DNA of 33,146 nucleotides. Source: Planctomycetota bacterium (GTDB taxonomy: Bacteria; Planctomycetota; UBA1135; GCA-002686595). Of the stretch, positions 1 to 8,808 are shown piece after piece. How positions within the stretch are numbered: the first letter of the stretch is position 1; each line of letters starts with the position of its first letter. Made by a program: the position numbers and the translations under genes. The notes below the pieces were generated by a model. It was given only the letters and a program-made list of their open reading frames with translations. It was not told where the DNA came from and did no database searches. The stretch lies in the NCBI GenBank assembly GCA_031413895.1, contig JANOFY010000623.1, forward strand, positions 1 to 33,146, in the 5' to 3' direction.

Positions 1-9
1 GCCGCGCGC

Positions 10-819
10 TCACTGCGCCGCGTCCCAATCCGCGCGCTTGTTCTTGTTCCACCAACGCTGCCACTCGTCGGGGTCTTGCTCGGTGTGCTTCGACAACTTG
101 CCGAGGCTCGTGATGATCGCGGCCTTGATGATGTCGAAGCGGTCCTTCGCCGTCTGGTCCGTCGAGACGACGTCCGCCGAGCTCTTCGCCGACATCAGCG
201 GCTTCAGCAACGAGTCGAACACTTCCTTGCGCAGCGTCTGATCAGCGTCCGCGAAATCGCCCATCGCTTCGGCGGCCGCACTGACGATCGACGCATCCTT
301 GTTCTCGAGGTTCACGACGAGCGTCTTGAGCCCATCCTTGTCGCGCGTCTTGCCGAGCGAGAGGAGCAGATAGCGCTGGAGCACGAGATCCTTGCGAAAG
401 TTCTTGTGACCGACCCAGCCGACGAGCGGCTTCGTGCTCTCCGGTCCCATGTCACCGAGCGCGCGCGCGGCCGCGATGTGCAACTTGTTGTTCGGAACGC
501 CTTCCTCGGCCTCCTTGCGCTTCGCTTCGAAGCACTTCGAGAGCGCTTTGACGACCGCGCCGCGATCCTTCGGTCCGCACTTCGGAAACTCTTGGTAGAG
601 CTTGTCGATGTCGCCGATCGCATCGTTGTCGCCGGTGGGCGTGTTCTTCGCGACGTCGGCTTCGAGCTTCGCGATCATCTCGGCGATGTCGGGGCGCTTG
701 TCGGGCAGCGGCTCGTCGACCTTGTCTTGCTTTTCGATGCGGGCCGCGCTCGCGACGGGCGCGAACGCGATCGGGAAAAGAACGAGCGAAGCGACGAAGA
801 GCAGGCGGAGTCTGGACAT
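10..819 (-). CDS. Hypothetical secreted protein (269 aa). N-terminal signal peptide MSRLRLLFVASLVLFPIAFAPVASA, Lys/Asp-rich mature part.
   Basis: ORF track entry; ATG at 817-819 and TGA at 10-12 confirmed by eye. Signal-peptide-like N-terminus. No recognisable catalytic motif. Confidence 0.5.
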   Translation of the reverse strand: MSRLRLLFVASLVLFPIAFAPVASAARIEKQDKVDEPLPDKRPDIAEMIAKLEADVAKNTPTGDNDAIGDIDKLYQEFPKCGPKDRGAVVKALSKCFEAKRKEAEEGVPNNKLHIAAARALGDMGPESTKPLVGWVGHKNFRKDLVLQRYLLLSLGKTRDKDGLKTLVVNLENKDASIVSAAAEAMGDFADADQTLRKEVFDSLLKPLMSAKSSADVVSTDQTAKDRFDIIKAAIITSLGKLSKHTEQDPDEWQRWWNKNKRADWDAAQ

Positions 820-955
820 GACGAGAACCTCGGAACGCTGGGCGTGATCGATGAGAGCCGCCGGCGCGGCGGAGCCATTACCGCAATCGGCGCGCCGCGC
901 CGCAAGCGCGGAGTCCCGTCGAAGAGGGGCGCCTGCGCTGCCAGCGCACGCGGGA

Positions 956-1807
956 TCAGCGCCGGCTCGACGCTCGATAGCGCTCCTCGCGCAAGCGCAA
1001 CCGCTCGCGCAGCTCGCGCGCGCACGGTCCGGCGCCCCCCGGGAGCCGCGCGACGATCCCGCGGACTTCGAGCACGGGGATCACGCGCCCGGTCGTGTTC
1101 GACAGGAAGACCTCGCTCGCTCGTGCAAGGTCCACGAGCTCGAGTCGATCGATGCGCGCCGCTCGACCCATGAGCTCCAGCTCGGCCAGGATGTGGCCGC
1201 GTTGGATGCCAGGCAGGCAGCCGCGCTCGACGCCCGGTGTCACGATCCCACCGCCGACGTCCGCGAATACGTTGGAGAGCGTGCCTTCGCAGACGTCGCC
1301 GTCGTCGGTGCAGAAGAGCGCTTCGAACGCGCCCTCGCGCTGCGCCGCTTCGCGCGCGAGAACGTTGTGCAGACGGTTCGTCGACTTGATGCTCCCGAGC
1401 TTCGACGCGCGGATCGACGCACTGCGATCGATCACGACCACGACGCCTTCGGCCGGTGCGCGCACGATGTCGCGCGCGCCGATGACGAGGGTCGGTGTGC
1501 GGCTCGGTACGCCGCGCGTGAGCGTGAGGCGAAGCGCGACGTCGCGCGGTCCGAGCGCGTCGACATACGCACGCAGCGCGCGCTCGGGATCACGTGCGAG
1601 TGGCCAGCCGATGCCGACCGCGCGTGCACCGTCCGCGAGTCGCACGAGGTGTTCGTCGATGTCGTAGAGGCATCCGTCCTCGAAGAGCAGCGTCTCGAAC
1701 ACGGCCAGGCCCGATTGAAAGCCTTGGTCGTCGCTCGAGATGACCCCCGCGCCGGGCGCGTGGAGCACGCCGTCGACGAACGTCGGGTACGCACGGAACG
1801 AGCTCAT
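956..1807 (-). CDS. pabC: Aminodeoxychorismate lyase / class IV (fold-type IV) aminotransferase family protein, ~283 aa from the internal ATG
   Basis: The 956..1981 ORF carries a class-IV aminotransferase-like sequence (…FETLLFEDG…TNRLHNVLAREAAQREGAFEALF…). The likely true start, MSSFRAY…, is an ATG overlapping the pabB stop as ATGA, suggesting translational coupling. Length fits ADC lyase better than IlvE. The 58 upstream residues in the track are Arg-rich read-through. Confidence 0.65.
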   Translation of the reverse strand: MSSFRAYPTFVDGVLHAPGAGVISSDDQGFQSGLAVFETLLFEDGCLYDIDEHLVRLADGARAVGIGWPLARDPERALRAYVDALGPRDVALRLTLTRGVPSRTPTLVIGARDIVRAPAEGVVVVIDRSASIRASKLGSIKSTNRLHNVLAREAAQREGAFEALFCTDDGDVCEGTLSNVFADVGGGIVTPGVERGCLPGIQRGHILAELELMGRAARIDRLELVDLARASEVFLSNTTGRVIPVLEVRGIVARLPGGAGPCARELRERLRLREERYRASSRR

Positions 1808-3249
1808 CGCCGGGTCGCATCCGCGACTTTTTCGCGCGGCTCGAGTGCCGCGGCGAGCGCCGCGCCCTTGGTCAAAGTCTCTTGCTCCTCCGCGCGCGCG
1901 TCGGAAGGCCACGTGATCCCGCCGCCGACATGGAACGAAACTTCTCCGCGCGCGGGGCTGCGATCGCCGTGCGGACGCCACACCAACGTGCGGATCAGGA
2001 TGTTGAAGGCAGCATGACCGCGCGTGTCGATGAAACCGAGCGAGCCGGTGAAGAACCCGCGGCCCGCGCGCTCGATCGCAGCGATCACGTCGATCGCCGC
2101 AAGCTTGGGCGCGCCTGTGATCGAGCCGCCGGGGAATAGTGCGGCGAGAACGTCGACGGCATCGATCCCAGGCCGCACGCGCGCGGCGACGTCGGCAACC
2201 AAGTGGTGCACCGAGGCATAGCTTTCGAGGCGCGCAAACGCCTCGACCGCGACGCTCCCCGTGATCGCCACGCGACCGAGGTCGTTGCGCGCGAGGTCGA
2301 CGATCATCGCGAGCTCGGCGCGGTCCTTCTCGCTCGCGAGCAATGCGCGCGCGTTGCGCTCGTCCTCAACTGCGTCGCGGCCGCGCGGCGCCGTGCCCTT
2401 GATCGGTCGCGTGCACACGCGCTCGCCGTCGAATTCGAACAAGAGCTCGGGGGACGCCGAGAGCAACGCGCCCGGCGCGAACGACGTGGCCGGTGCGCGG
2501 AGCACTTCGTCCCAGGCGAGGTACGCCATGTACGGCGCCGCGTTCACGACACGCAGACGACGGTACAGGTCGACCGGCGAGCCCGACATCGCGCGCGTGA
2601 AGCGGTGCGCGATGTTGGCCTGGTACAGGTCGCCCGCGCCGATTCGACGGCGCACGTCGTCGATGCGGGCGATGTGTTCGTCCGCGCTCGTGTGGCGGAC
2701 GAGCGCATTCTCGGGATGCGGGGTCGTCGGCGTGCCTTCGTCGTGCTCGAGTGCGGTCATGAGCTCTCGCCGGCGCGCCTCGATCGGTGCGCGTCCGTCG
2801 CCGGGTGCATCGCCGAGCACGAGCCAGCTGGCGCGCGAACGCTCATCGCGGACGATGAAGTCCGTGTACAGACCGCCGACGAATCGCGGCGAGTTCCAGG
2901 GATCCGCTGCGGCGCGCGCGGGTCGTTCTCCCGCGGCTCCCAGGTCGTACGAGAGCGCGCCCAGGAATCCGCCGTGGAACGGACCGGGAACATCGTCGCC
3001 GTCCGCGCGCTCGAGTCGCGCGGCGAAGGCCCGCAGATCCGTCAGCGTGTCGAGCGCGCTCACGCCGCACACGGGATCGAACGCGACGATGCTGAAACGA
3101 CGGGGTGCGCCCGCCGCGCTGTCGAGCGACACGAGCCCCCGCCGCGACGCAAGTCGCGCCAAGAGCAAGTCGGTCTCGAGGCCGAGTGGAAGCGGAGTGA
3201 CGCGCGGAGAAAAACAGAGGCGCGCCGAGCGATCCTGTCGCAGCTTCAA
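1804..3249 (-). CDS. pabB: Aminodeoxychorismate synthase component I (chorismate-binding enzyme; anthranilate-synthase component I family)
   Basis: Chorismate-binding motifs GAGDLYQANIAHRF and FPGGSITGAPK are present. The gene sits directly upstream of and overlapping the pabC-like gene. The start codon in the track is TTG (translation MKLRQ…); the true start is uncertain. Confidence 0.8.
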   Translation of the reverse strand: MKLRQDRSARLCFSPRVTPLPLGLETDLLLARLASRRGLVSLDSAAGAPRRFSIVAFDPVCGVSALDTLTDLRAFAARLERADGDDVPGPFHGGFLGALSYDLGAAGERPARAAADPWNSPRFVGGLYTDFIVRDERSRASWLVLGDAPGDGRAPIEARRRELMTALEHDEGTPTTPHPENALVRHTSADEHIARIDDVRRRIGAGDLYQANIAHRFTRAMSGSPVDLYRRLRVVNAAPYMAYLAWDEVLRAPATSFAPGALLSASPELLFEFDGERVCTRPIKGTAPRGRDAVEDERNARALLASEKDRAELAMIVDLARNDLGRVAITGSVAVEAFARLESYASVHHLVADVAARVRPGIDAVDVLAALFPGGSITGAPKLAAIDVIAAIERAGRGFFTGSLGFIDTRGHAAFNILIRTLVWRPHGDRSPARGEVSFHVGGGITWPSDARAEEQETLTKGAALAAALEPREKVADATRR

Positions 3250-4520
3250 GCTTCGCCCGGGGTCACTTCGCGAGCACGAGCGAAACTAGCCCCGTATTTC
3301 CCTCGATAGTAGAGCGCGAGCAATCCTGCGGCGACGAGCACGACGGCACCGAACAAGAACGGCGCACGCGGAGACAGGCGGTCGAAGAGAAGTCCCGCGC
3401 ACGGTGGTCCGGTCATGCGCGCCAGGCTCAGAATCGATTGGTTGAGTCCGAGGTAACCACCTTGCGCGTCGCTCGGCGCGGCGCGCGAGATGAGCCCGTT
3501 GAGCGCCGGGCCGTTCAGGCCGAATCCAAACGGCATCAGCGCGCAGCCCGCGATCACCACCCCCCACGTCGGCGCGAGACCGACGATCGCGAGCGACGCG
3601 GCGAGGAACAACGGTCCCGCGATCGCGAGTGCCGTTTCACCGAAGCGCGGAACGAGTCGCCGGATCAACCCGCCTTGGACGATGGCGGACAGCACGCCGA
3701 TCATCCCCAGGTAGCGGCCGATGATCGGCGCGGCGCGCAGCGCTTCCTCGCGGCTGGCATGTTCGAGTGCAGCCGGCACGCGGAACACCTCCGGGAACTC
3801 GCGCAGTCCGAACAGCGTGAACATCGACTTGAACGTCGAGAACGCGAAGATGAAGAGGAAGCTCAGGACGAGCAGGATGCCGATGCGCCCGTCGCGCGCG
3901 GCGTGCGCGAGCTCCTCCAGCCCGAACAGGCGCGACGGTGCACGCCGCGCGCGCTCGGGCTCCTTCAACATCGCCAGGCCGAAGAGCGCTGCGCACAGCG
4001 AGAGCGCCGCCGCGAAGTAGCCCGGAGCGGCCGGGCTGATCGCGGTGAGCTCGCCGCCGATCAGCGGACCGAACGTGAACCCCAGGCCAAACGCGGCTCC
4101 GATCAGCCCCATCCCCTTCGCGCGATTCTCGGGCGTCGTGATGTCGGCGATGTACGCCTGCGCCGTCGACACGTTCGCGCCGAAGAATCCGGCCATGATG
4201 CGCGACGCGAACAGCACCGTCAGCGAATCGGCGTGCGCGAAGATCACGTAGGCGATCGCCGTGCCGAAGAGTCCGCCGATTAGAACGGGCCTGCGGCCGA
4301 TCCGATCGGAGATGCGCCCCCACATCGGCGCGAAGAAAAACTGCATGCCCGAGAAGCTCGCGAAGAGCAGCCCCAGTTCGACGTCGCTCGCATGGAAGAT
4401 CTGCGAGTAGACCGGCAACAGCGGGATCACGATCCCAAAGCCCAGGAGGTCGATGAAAACCGTGAGGAAGATGAGGAGCAGCGGCGATCGCGCGCGAGCT
4501 CCGGACGGGTCGACACTCAT
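3246..4520 (-). CDS. MFS transporter, 12-TMS drug:H+ antiporter/Tet-like family (~425 aa)
   Basis: Hydrophobic helices throughout. MFS signature between TM2 and TM3 (GRISDRIGRRPVL). Track start is TTG at 4529; an in-frame ATG (MSVDPSG…) lies at 4520. The stop overlaps the pabB start by 4 nt. Confidence 0.8.
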   Translation of the reverse strand: MSVDPSGARARSPLLLIFLTVFIDLLGFGIVIPLLPVYSQIFHASDVELGLLFASFSGMQFFFAPMWGRISDRIGRRPVLIGGLFGTAIAYVIFAHADSLTVLFASRIMAGFFGANVSTAQAYIADITTPENRAKGMGLIGAAFGLGFTFGPLIGGELTAISPAAPGYFAAALSLCAALFGLAMLKEPERARRAPSRLFGLEELAHAARDGRIGILLVLSFLFIFAFSTFKSMFTLFGLREFPEVFRVPAALEHASREEALRAAPIIGRYLGMIGVLSAIVQGGLIRRLVPRFGETALAIAGPLFLAASLAIVGLAPTWGVVIAGCALMPFGFGLNGPALNGLISRAAPSDAQGGYLGLNQSILSLARMTGPPCAGLLFDRLSPRAPFLFGAVVLVAAGLLALYYRGKYGASFARAREVTPGEA

Positions 4521-4627
4521 GAGCGGCAAGATTATAGGGAAGGCGAGCGTGCAGCGTTCCCATGCCGTACACGGCCCGGCGGGCCGGCCTCACGGCCCCG
4601 ACCCAAATGACCGATAGGGGACTCACC

Positions 4628-5065
4628 ATGAAGAAGTTTGCAGGCCTGACGTTGTTGGCCGTCGCGATGGTCGCCTCGGGGCTGGCGTTCTCGCAAAACC
4701 CGCCCGTGCCCGAGTCGAGCGACAAGAAGATCGAGCGCATGGAGAAAGAGCTCGTCGCCACGCGCGCGCAGGTCGAAACGCTCGCCACGACGGTCCAGCG
4801 GCAGCAGGAGGCGCTCGACGCGACGATGAAGTACCTGCTCGCGCAAGCGGAAGGCTCGAAGGCCGTGGCGCAGGCGCTCGACGCGTCCGAGACCGCCGGC
4901 TTCGTCTACGGCATCAACCCCCGCTCGCGCGAGATCCTGCTCGCCGCGTGGCGTGAGCAGCTCACCAAGATGCAGGCGGGACTGCCGGAGATGCGGCCCG
5001 AGTCGCCCCCGCCGAAGCCGCCGGAACCCGACAAGGGCCGACGTCCGCTCCCGCCGCGTCAGTAG
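4628..5065 (+). CDS. Hypothetical secreted/periplasmic coiled-coil protein with Pro-rich C-terminus (~145 aa)
   Basis: ATG at 4628 preceded by a GGGGA Shine-Dalgarno-like element. Signal peptide MKKFAGLTLLAVAMVASGLAFSQ. Coiled-coil-like middle region (ERMEKELVATRAQVETLATTVQRQQEALDATMK). C-terminus PESPPPKPPEPDKGRRPLPP. Confidence 0.5.
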   Translation: MKKFAGLTLLAVAMVASGLAFSQNPPVPESSDKKIERMEKELVATRAQVETLATTVQRQQEALDATMKYLLAQAEGSKAVAQALDASETAGFVYGINPRSREILLAAWREQLTKMQAGLPEMRPESPPPKPPEPDKGRRPLPPRQ

Positions 5066-5074
5066 GGACTTCGC

Positions 5075-5094
5075 GCGCTCCGAGCTCGGAGCGC
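5075..5094. promoter_or_regulatory. Perfect 20-bp palindrome GCGCTCCGAGCTCGGAGCGC, 10 nt after the stop of the 4628-5065 gene
   Basis: Read directly. Exactly self-complementary. Could fold as a 9-bp-stem hairpin (intrinsic-terminator-like but without U tract) or be a dimeric-protein binding site. Confidence 0.4.
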
Positions 5095-5164
5095 TCTGGA
5101 AGCGCACGCACCGAGCCGCGATCCTGTGGCACGCGCCGGTGGTCGGCGCGTCGCGGAGGATCGA

Positions 5165-6355
5165 ATGCGCTTCCTGGCTTGGGTCATCACGTGCGCGATC
5201 GCCAACTTGGCGACAGCGCAGTCTCCGCTCACACCGGTCATCGAACCCGCAGATGCGGTCGAGAAAGACGTGACCCCCGCAGACGTCGCGAGCGCCATCC
5301 AGCGTGGACGCACACTGCTCCTCGAGAAGCAGGAGACGCTCGAGCAGGCCGAGGTCAAGGCGGAGTGGCCGTACGAAGGCGTGTATCGCTACCGCGGCGA
5401 CATCCCGATCGGGTACCGCGTGGGCGGAACGGCGATCTGCGCGACCGCACTGCTCGAGTCGACCACGGGCGGGTCCGGCGCGTCCGTCGACCAAGCAATC
5501 GCGCACGCGACGGAGTTCGTTCTCGATGCGCTGAAGCTCCCGCCGATGAGCGCCGGATTCGAGGGCGGCTACGACGTACGCGGATGGGGACACGCCTACG
5601 CACTCGAGTTCCTGCTCACGCTGCAGCGCACCGCGCACGGCGAAAAACATCACGCAACGGTCGTGCTGACGACGCAGACGCTGATCGATACGCTCCAACG
5701 CACCGAGATCAAGCAGCGTGGTGGATGGAACTACTCGCGCGGAGCGAATCCCGACGAAGCGGCGCCGTCGACATTCATGACGGCGCCGACGCTTCAGTTC
5801 CTGTTCGAGGCCAAGCGGCAGGGGTTCAAGGTCGATGACGACGTGATCGCGCGCGCACTCGACGCGCTCGAGTCGGCGCGGCTCGAGAGCGGCGCGTTCC
5901 AGTACAAGATCGACGCGAAGAAACAGACCGGCGCGGGCTTCGAGGACGTGCGCGGCTCGACCGGCCGATCGCCCGTGTGCGAGTCGACGCTGTACTTGGC
6001 CGGCCGAGGCAGCGAAGAACGAATCCAAGCGGCGCTCGACATGTTCTTCGAGCATTGGGAATGGCTCGAGAAGCGCCGCAAGCAGACGGGGACGCACGTC
6101 GCGCCGTACATGATCGCGCCGTACTACTTCTTCTACGCACACCGTTACGCAGCGCAGGCGATCGAGCTCCTCCCCGCGGAGCGGCGGCCGGAGTATCGAC
6201 AAAGGCTGTATCGGCTGCTGTGGAAGGTGCGCGAGGAAAGTGGCGGCTGGAACGACCGTGTATTCCCGCGCAGCGAGAACTTCGGAACCGCGATGACGAT
6301 GCTCGCGCTCTCTGAACCGGGACGCGTTTCGCCCGCGCGCTGGCCCGCCAAGTAG
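5165..6355 (+). CDS. Secreted protein with prenyltransferase/squalene-oxidase-repeat-like (terpenoid-cyclase α/α-toroid-like) features (~396 aa)
   Basis: Signal peptide MRFLAWVITCAIANLATAQSP. Repeated GGW-containing segments (RGGWNYSRG, SGGWNDRV) and Y/W-rich repeats reminiscent of QW/prenyltransferase repeats. The functional call is low-confidence. Confidence 0.45.
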   Translation: MRFLAWVITCAIANLATAQSPLTPVIEPADAVEKDVTPADVASAIQRGRTLLLEKQETLEQAEVKAEWPYEGVYRYRGDIPIGYRVGGTAICATALLESTTGGSGASVDQAIAHATEFVLDALKLPPMSAGFEGGYDVRGWGHAYALEFLLTLQRTAHGEKHHATVVLTTQTLIDTLQRTEIKQRGGWNYSRGANPDEAAPSTFMTAPTLQFLFEAKRQGFKVDDDVIARALDALESARLESGAFQYKIDAKKQTGAGFEDVRGSTGRSPVCESTLYLAGRGSEERIQAALDMFFEHWEWLEKRRKQTGTHVAPYMIAPYYFFYAHRYAAQAIELLPAERRPEYRQRLYRLLWKVREESGGWNDRVFPRSENFGTAMTMLALSEPGRVSPARWPAK

Positions 6356-6362
6356 GCGACGC

Positions 6363-7310
6363 ATGTCCGCGACGACAGCCGGCACGCCCCCGCCCCGCGC
6401 CCCACCGAGTGGGATGCAGAGCGCCGTCGATCGCTATCTGAAGGAGCTCGCGGCGGCGCGCGGTGCGTCCGAACACACGCTGCGCGCGTACCGCACCGAC
6501 CTGTCTGCGTTCTGCGCGTTCCTGGAGTCGATCGACATCCTCGAACCGGGCCAGGTCACGTCGCGCACACTGCGCAGCTATCTAGCCGACCTCGATTCGC
6601 GCGGTCTCGCGCGCGCATCGATTCAGCGCAAACTCTCGGCGGCGCGCTCGCTGTTCAAGTTCCTGCTTCGGAGCGGCGCGATCGACACGCACCCGGCGAC
6701 CGGACTGCGACCCCGGCGCGGCGAGCGCCGCCTGCCCGGATGGCTTGCGGTGGAAGAGATCGAAGCCTTGCTCCGCTCTCCGGATCTTGCGACGCCGAAA
6801 GGCCGCCGCGATCGCGCGATCCTCGAGGTGATGTACTCCGCCGGCACGCGCGCGGCCGAGACGGTCGGGCTCGACCGCGGCGATCTGGACCTCGAGAACG
6901 GTGTCGCTCGCGTGCGCGGCAAGGGTCGCAAGGAACGCCTGGGCGCCATCGGCAGCTTCGCGCGGGATGCGATCCAGAGCTATCTCGCGGATCCCGCGCG
7001 ACCGCGCCCGAAAGAGACCGCCACCGCTGCGGTGTTCTTGAACCTCGCCGGCGGACGGCTGACGACGCGCTCGCTCGGCCGCATCGTCGAGGCGTGCGTG
7101 CTGAAGTCGGGCATCGGCCGTCGAACGACGCCGCACACGCTACGTCACAGCTTCGCGACGCACTTGCTCGACCGCGGCGCGGACTTGCGCAGCGTGCAGG
7201 AGCTGCTCGGCCACGCGCATCTCGTCACGACGCAGATCTACACGCACGTCTCGATCGAGCGACTGCGCAAGATCTACGAGCAGGCGCATCCGCGCGCGGG
7301 CGAGTCGTGA
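6363..7310 (+). CDS. xerC: Tyrosine site-specific recombinase, XerC/XerD family
   Basis: N-terminal SAM-like core-binding domain (…EHTLRAYRTDL…). C-terminal catalytic motifs RAILEVMYSAGTR…, HTLRHSFATHLL, GADLRSVQELLGHAHLVTTQIYTHV (R…H-x-x-R…Y). XerC versus XerD cannot be distinguished. Confidence 0.85.
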   Translation: MSATTAGTPPPRAPPSGMQSAVDRYLKELAAARGASEHTLRAYRTDLSAFCAFLESIDILEPGQVTSRTLRSYLADLDSRGLARASIQRKLSAARSLFKFLLRSGAIDTHPATGLRPRRGERRLPGWLAVEEIEALLRSPDLATPKGRRDRAILEVMYSAGTRAAETVGLDRGDLDLENGVARVRGKGRKERLGAIGSFARDAIQSYLADPARPRPKETATAAVFLNLAGGRLTTRSLGRIVEACVLKSGIGRRTTPHTLRHSFATHLLDRGADLRSVQELLGHAHLVTTQIYTHVSIERLRKIYEQAHPRAGES

Positions 7311-7359
7311 TGTGAGCTCGACCGGTTGCGGACGTGCTCGTCCTCCGATCGGACCCTGA

Positions 7360-8808
7360 CTAGAAGTGATTCCAGAGGTACTGGTTCGTCACCTCGTGGT
7401 GAAACTGCACCTCGGGGATCTTGACCATCGTGCCGAGCGCCTTCGAGCAGCGCTCCGCCGACGAGAGCTTCAACTCGGCGAACTTCTCGTGCACGTTCTC
7501 GCCGAGCATCTCCATCGACCACCGGCTCTGCTTGAAGAGCCGGATCGCATCGAAGACATTGTCCGGCAGGAAGCGCGTGCGCGAGCGCTTCGCGTCGTCC
7601 TTCGCGTCGCTCTTGGGACCCTCGAAGCCGGTCCGGAAGAGCGTGAACAGCGTCATGTAGATGTTGGCGTCCGGACCGACCGAGCGCACTTCGAGACGCG
7701 CGGTGCGCTCGTTGCCGAGCGGGATGCGAATCATCGCGCCGCGGTCGATCGCGGAGACTTTGATCTGGTTCGGCGCCTCGAAGTGCGGGTCGAGACGGCG
7801 GTACGCGTTGACGCTCGAGTTGAGCACGAGGCAGAGGTCCGGCGCGCTGTTCAAGATGCGATCGATGAAATCCCAGGCGAGCTTCGACACGCCGTCTTGC
7901 CCCTTCTTGTCGTAGAAGAGGTTCGTCCCCTTGCGTGCGACCGAGATGTTCGTGTGCGCGCCGCTACCGTTGATGCCGACGACGGGCTTCGGCAGGAACG
8001 ACGCCGTCATGTCCATGCGCGCGGCGATCTGACGACAGACGAGCTTGTAGAGCTGGAACTGATCGGCGGCGGTCAACGCGTCCGCGTACGAGAAGTTCAT
8101 CTCGAACTGCGACGGCGCGACCTCGGGATGGTCCTTCTCGTTCGCGAAGCCCAGCGCGCGCTGCGCTTCCGCGGCCGCATCGATGAACTGACGCAGCGGA
8201 TCGTTCGGCAGCGAATGGTAGTAACCACCGGTCGAGACGTACTCGAACTTGCCGGTCTCGAAGAAGTGGCGCTCGGCGTCGCGGCCCTTGAACACGAAGC
8301 CTTCGATCTCGTTCGCCGCGTAGCAGACCGTGCCGTCCTTCTTGTACAGCGCGGCGAGGTAGTGCTTGAGCTGGCCGCGGAGATCGCCGGGGTACGGCGT
8401 GCCGTCGCGCGCGAGCACTTCGCCGAACACGAGCACCTTGCCCGGGCCGAAGACGTCCGCCGGTAGCCAATAGAACGCGGGCCAATCGATCCCCAGACGC
8501 AGATCGCTCTCCGCCTGCTGCGAGAACCCGCGGATCGAGCTGCCGTCGAACGTCAGATTGTCGTGCGACTTGAGCAGGAACTTCTTGTCGTAGTCGAGCA
8601 TGTGCAACCGACCTTCGAGGTCGGTGAAGCACACGGTCACGGCCTTGATGCGGTCCTCGGACTGCAGGTACTTGATGCGCTGCTTTTGGATCTCGGCCGG
8701 GTCGACGCGATCCATGCGCGCTTGCTTGGCGCCGAGGTTCATCTTCTCGAGCTGGTCGTAGGGGATCTCGAGGAAGTCGCGCAGCGGCGTCGTGGTGCTC
8801 GTGGGCAT
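7360..8808 (-). CDS. glnA: Glutamine synthetase family protein, type-I-like (GlnA/GS-like ligase)
   Basis: GS β-grasp motifs (CFTDLEGR, TFDGSSIRGF, ESDLRLGIDWP) and catalytic-domain motif KPVVGINGSGAHTNIS. The track ORF extends to 8889 (TTG), but the first ~27 codons are AT-rich with atypical A-ending codons. An ATG at 8806-8808 (MPTSTTTPL…) is the more plausible start. Could be a GS paralogue (γ-glutamyl ligase). Confidence 0.75.
   Translation of the reverse strand: MPTSTTTPLRDFLEIPYDQLEKMNLGAKQARMDRVDPAEIQKQRIKYLQSEDRIKAVTVCFTDLEGRLHMLDYDKKFLLKSHDNLTFDGSSIRGFSQQAESDLRLGIDWPAFYWLPADVFGPGKVLVFGEVLARDGTPYPGDLRGQLKHYLAALYKKDGTVCYAANEIEGFVFKGRDAERHFFETGKFEYVSTGGYYHSLPNDPLRQFIDAAAEAQRALGFANEKDHPEVAPSQFEMNFSYADALTAADQFQLYKLVCRQIAARMDMTASFLPKPVVGINGSGAHTNISVARKGTNLFYDKKGQDGVSKLAWDFIDRILNSAPDLCLVLNSSVNAYRRLDPHFEAPNQIKVSAIDRGAMIRIPLGNERTARLEVRSVGPDANIYMTLFTLFRTGFEGPKSDAKDDAKRSRTRFLPDNVFDAIRLFKQSRWSMEMLGENVHEKFAELKLSSAERCSKALGTMVKIPEVQFHHEVTNQYLWNHF

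Noticed and set aside
4532-6385. 617-aa minus-strand ORF opposite the two secreted-protein genes
   Set aside because: Low-complexity R/L/G composition with no motifs. The plus-strand ORFs have signal peptides and proper starts with Shine-Dalgarno elements.
7366-8466. 366-aa plus-strand ORF antisense to the glutamine synthetase gene
   Set aside because: Arg/Ala/Val-rich low-complexity translation, typical of out-of-frame reading of ~70% GC DNA. It is fully embedded in a gene with strong family motifs.
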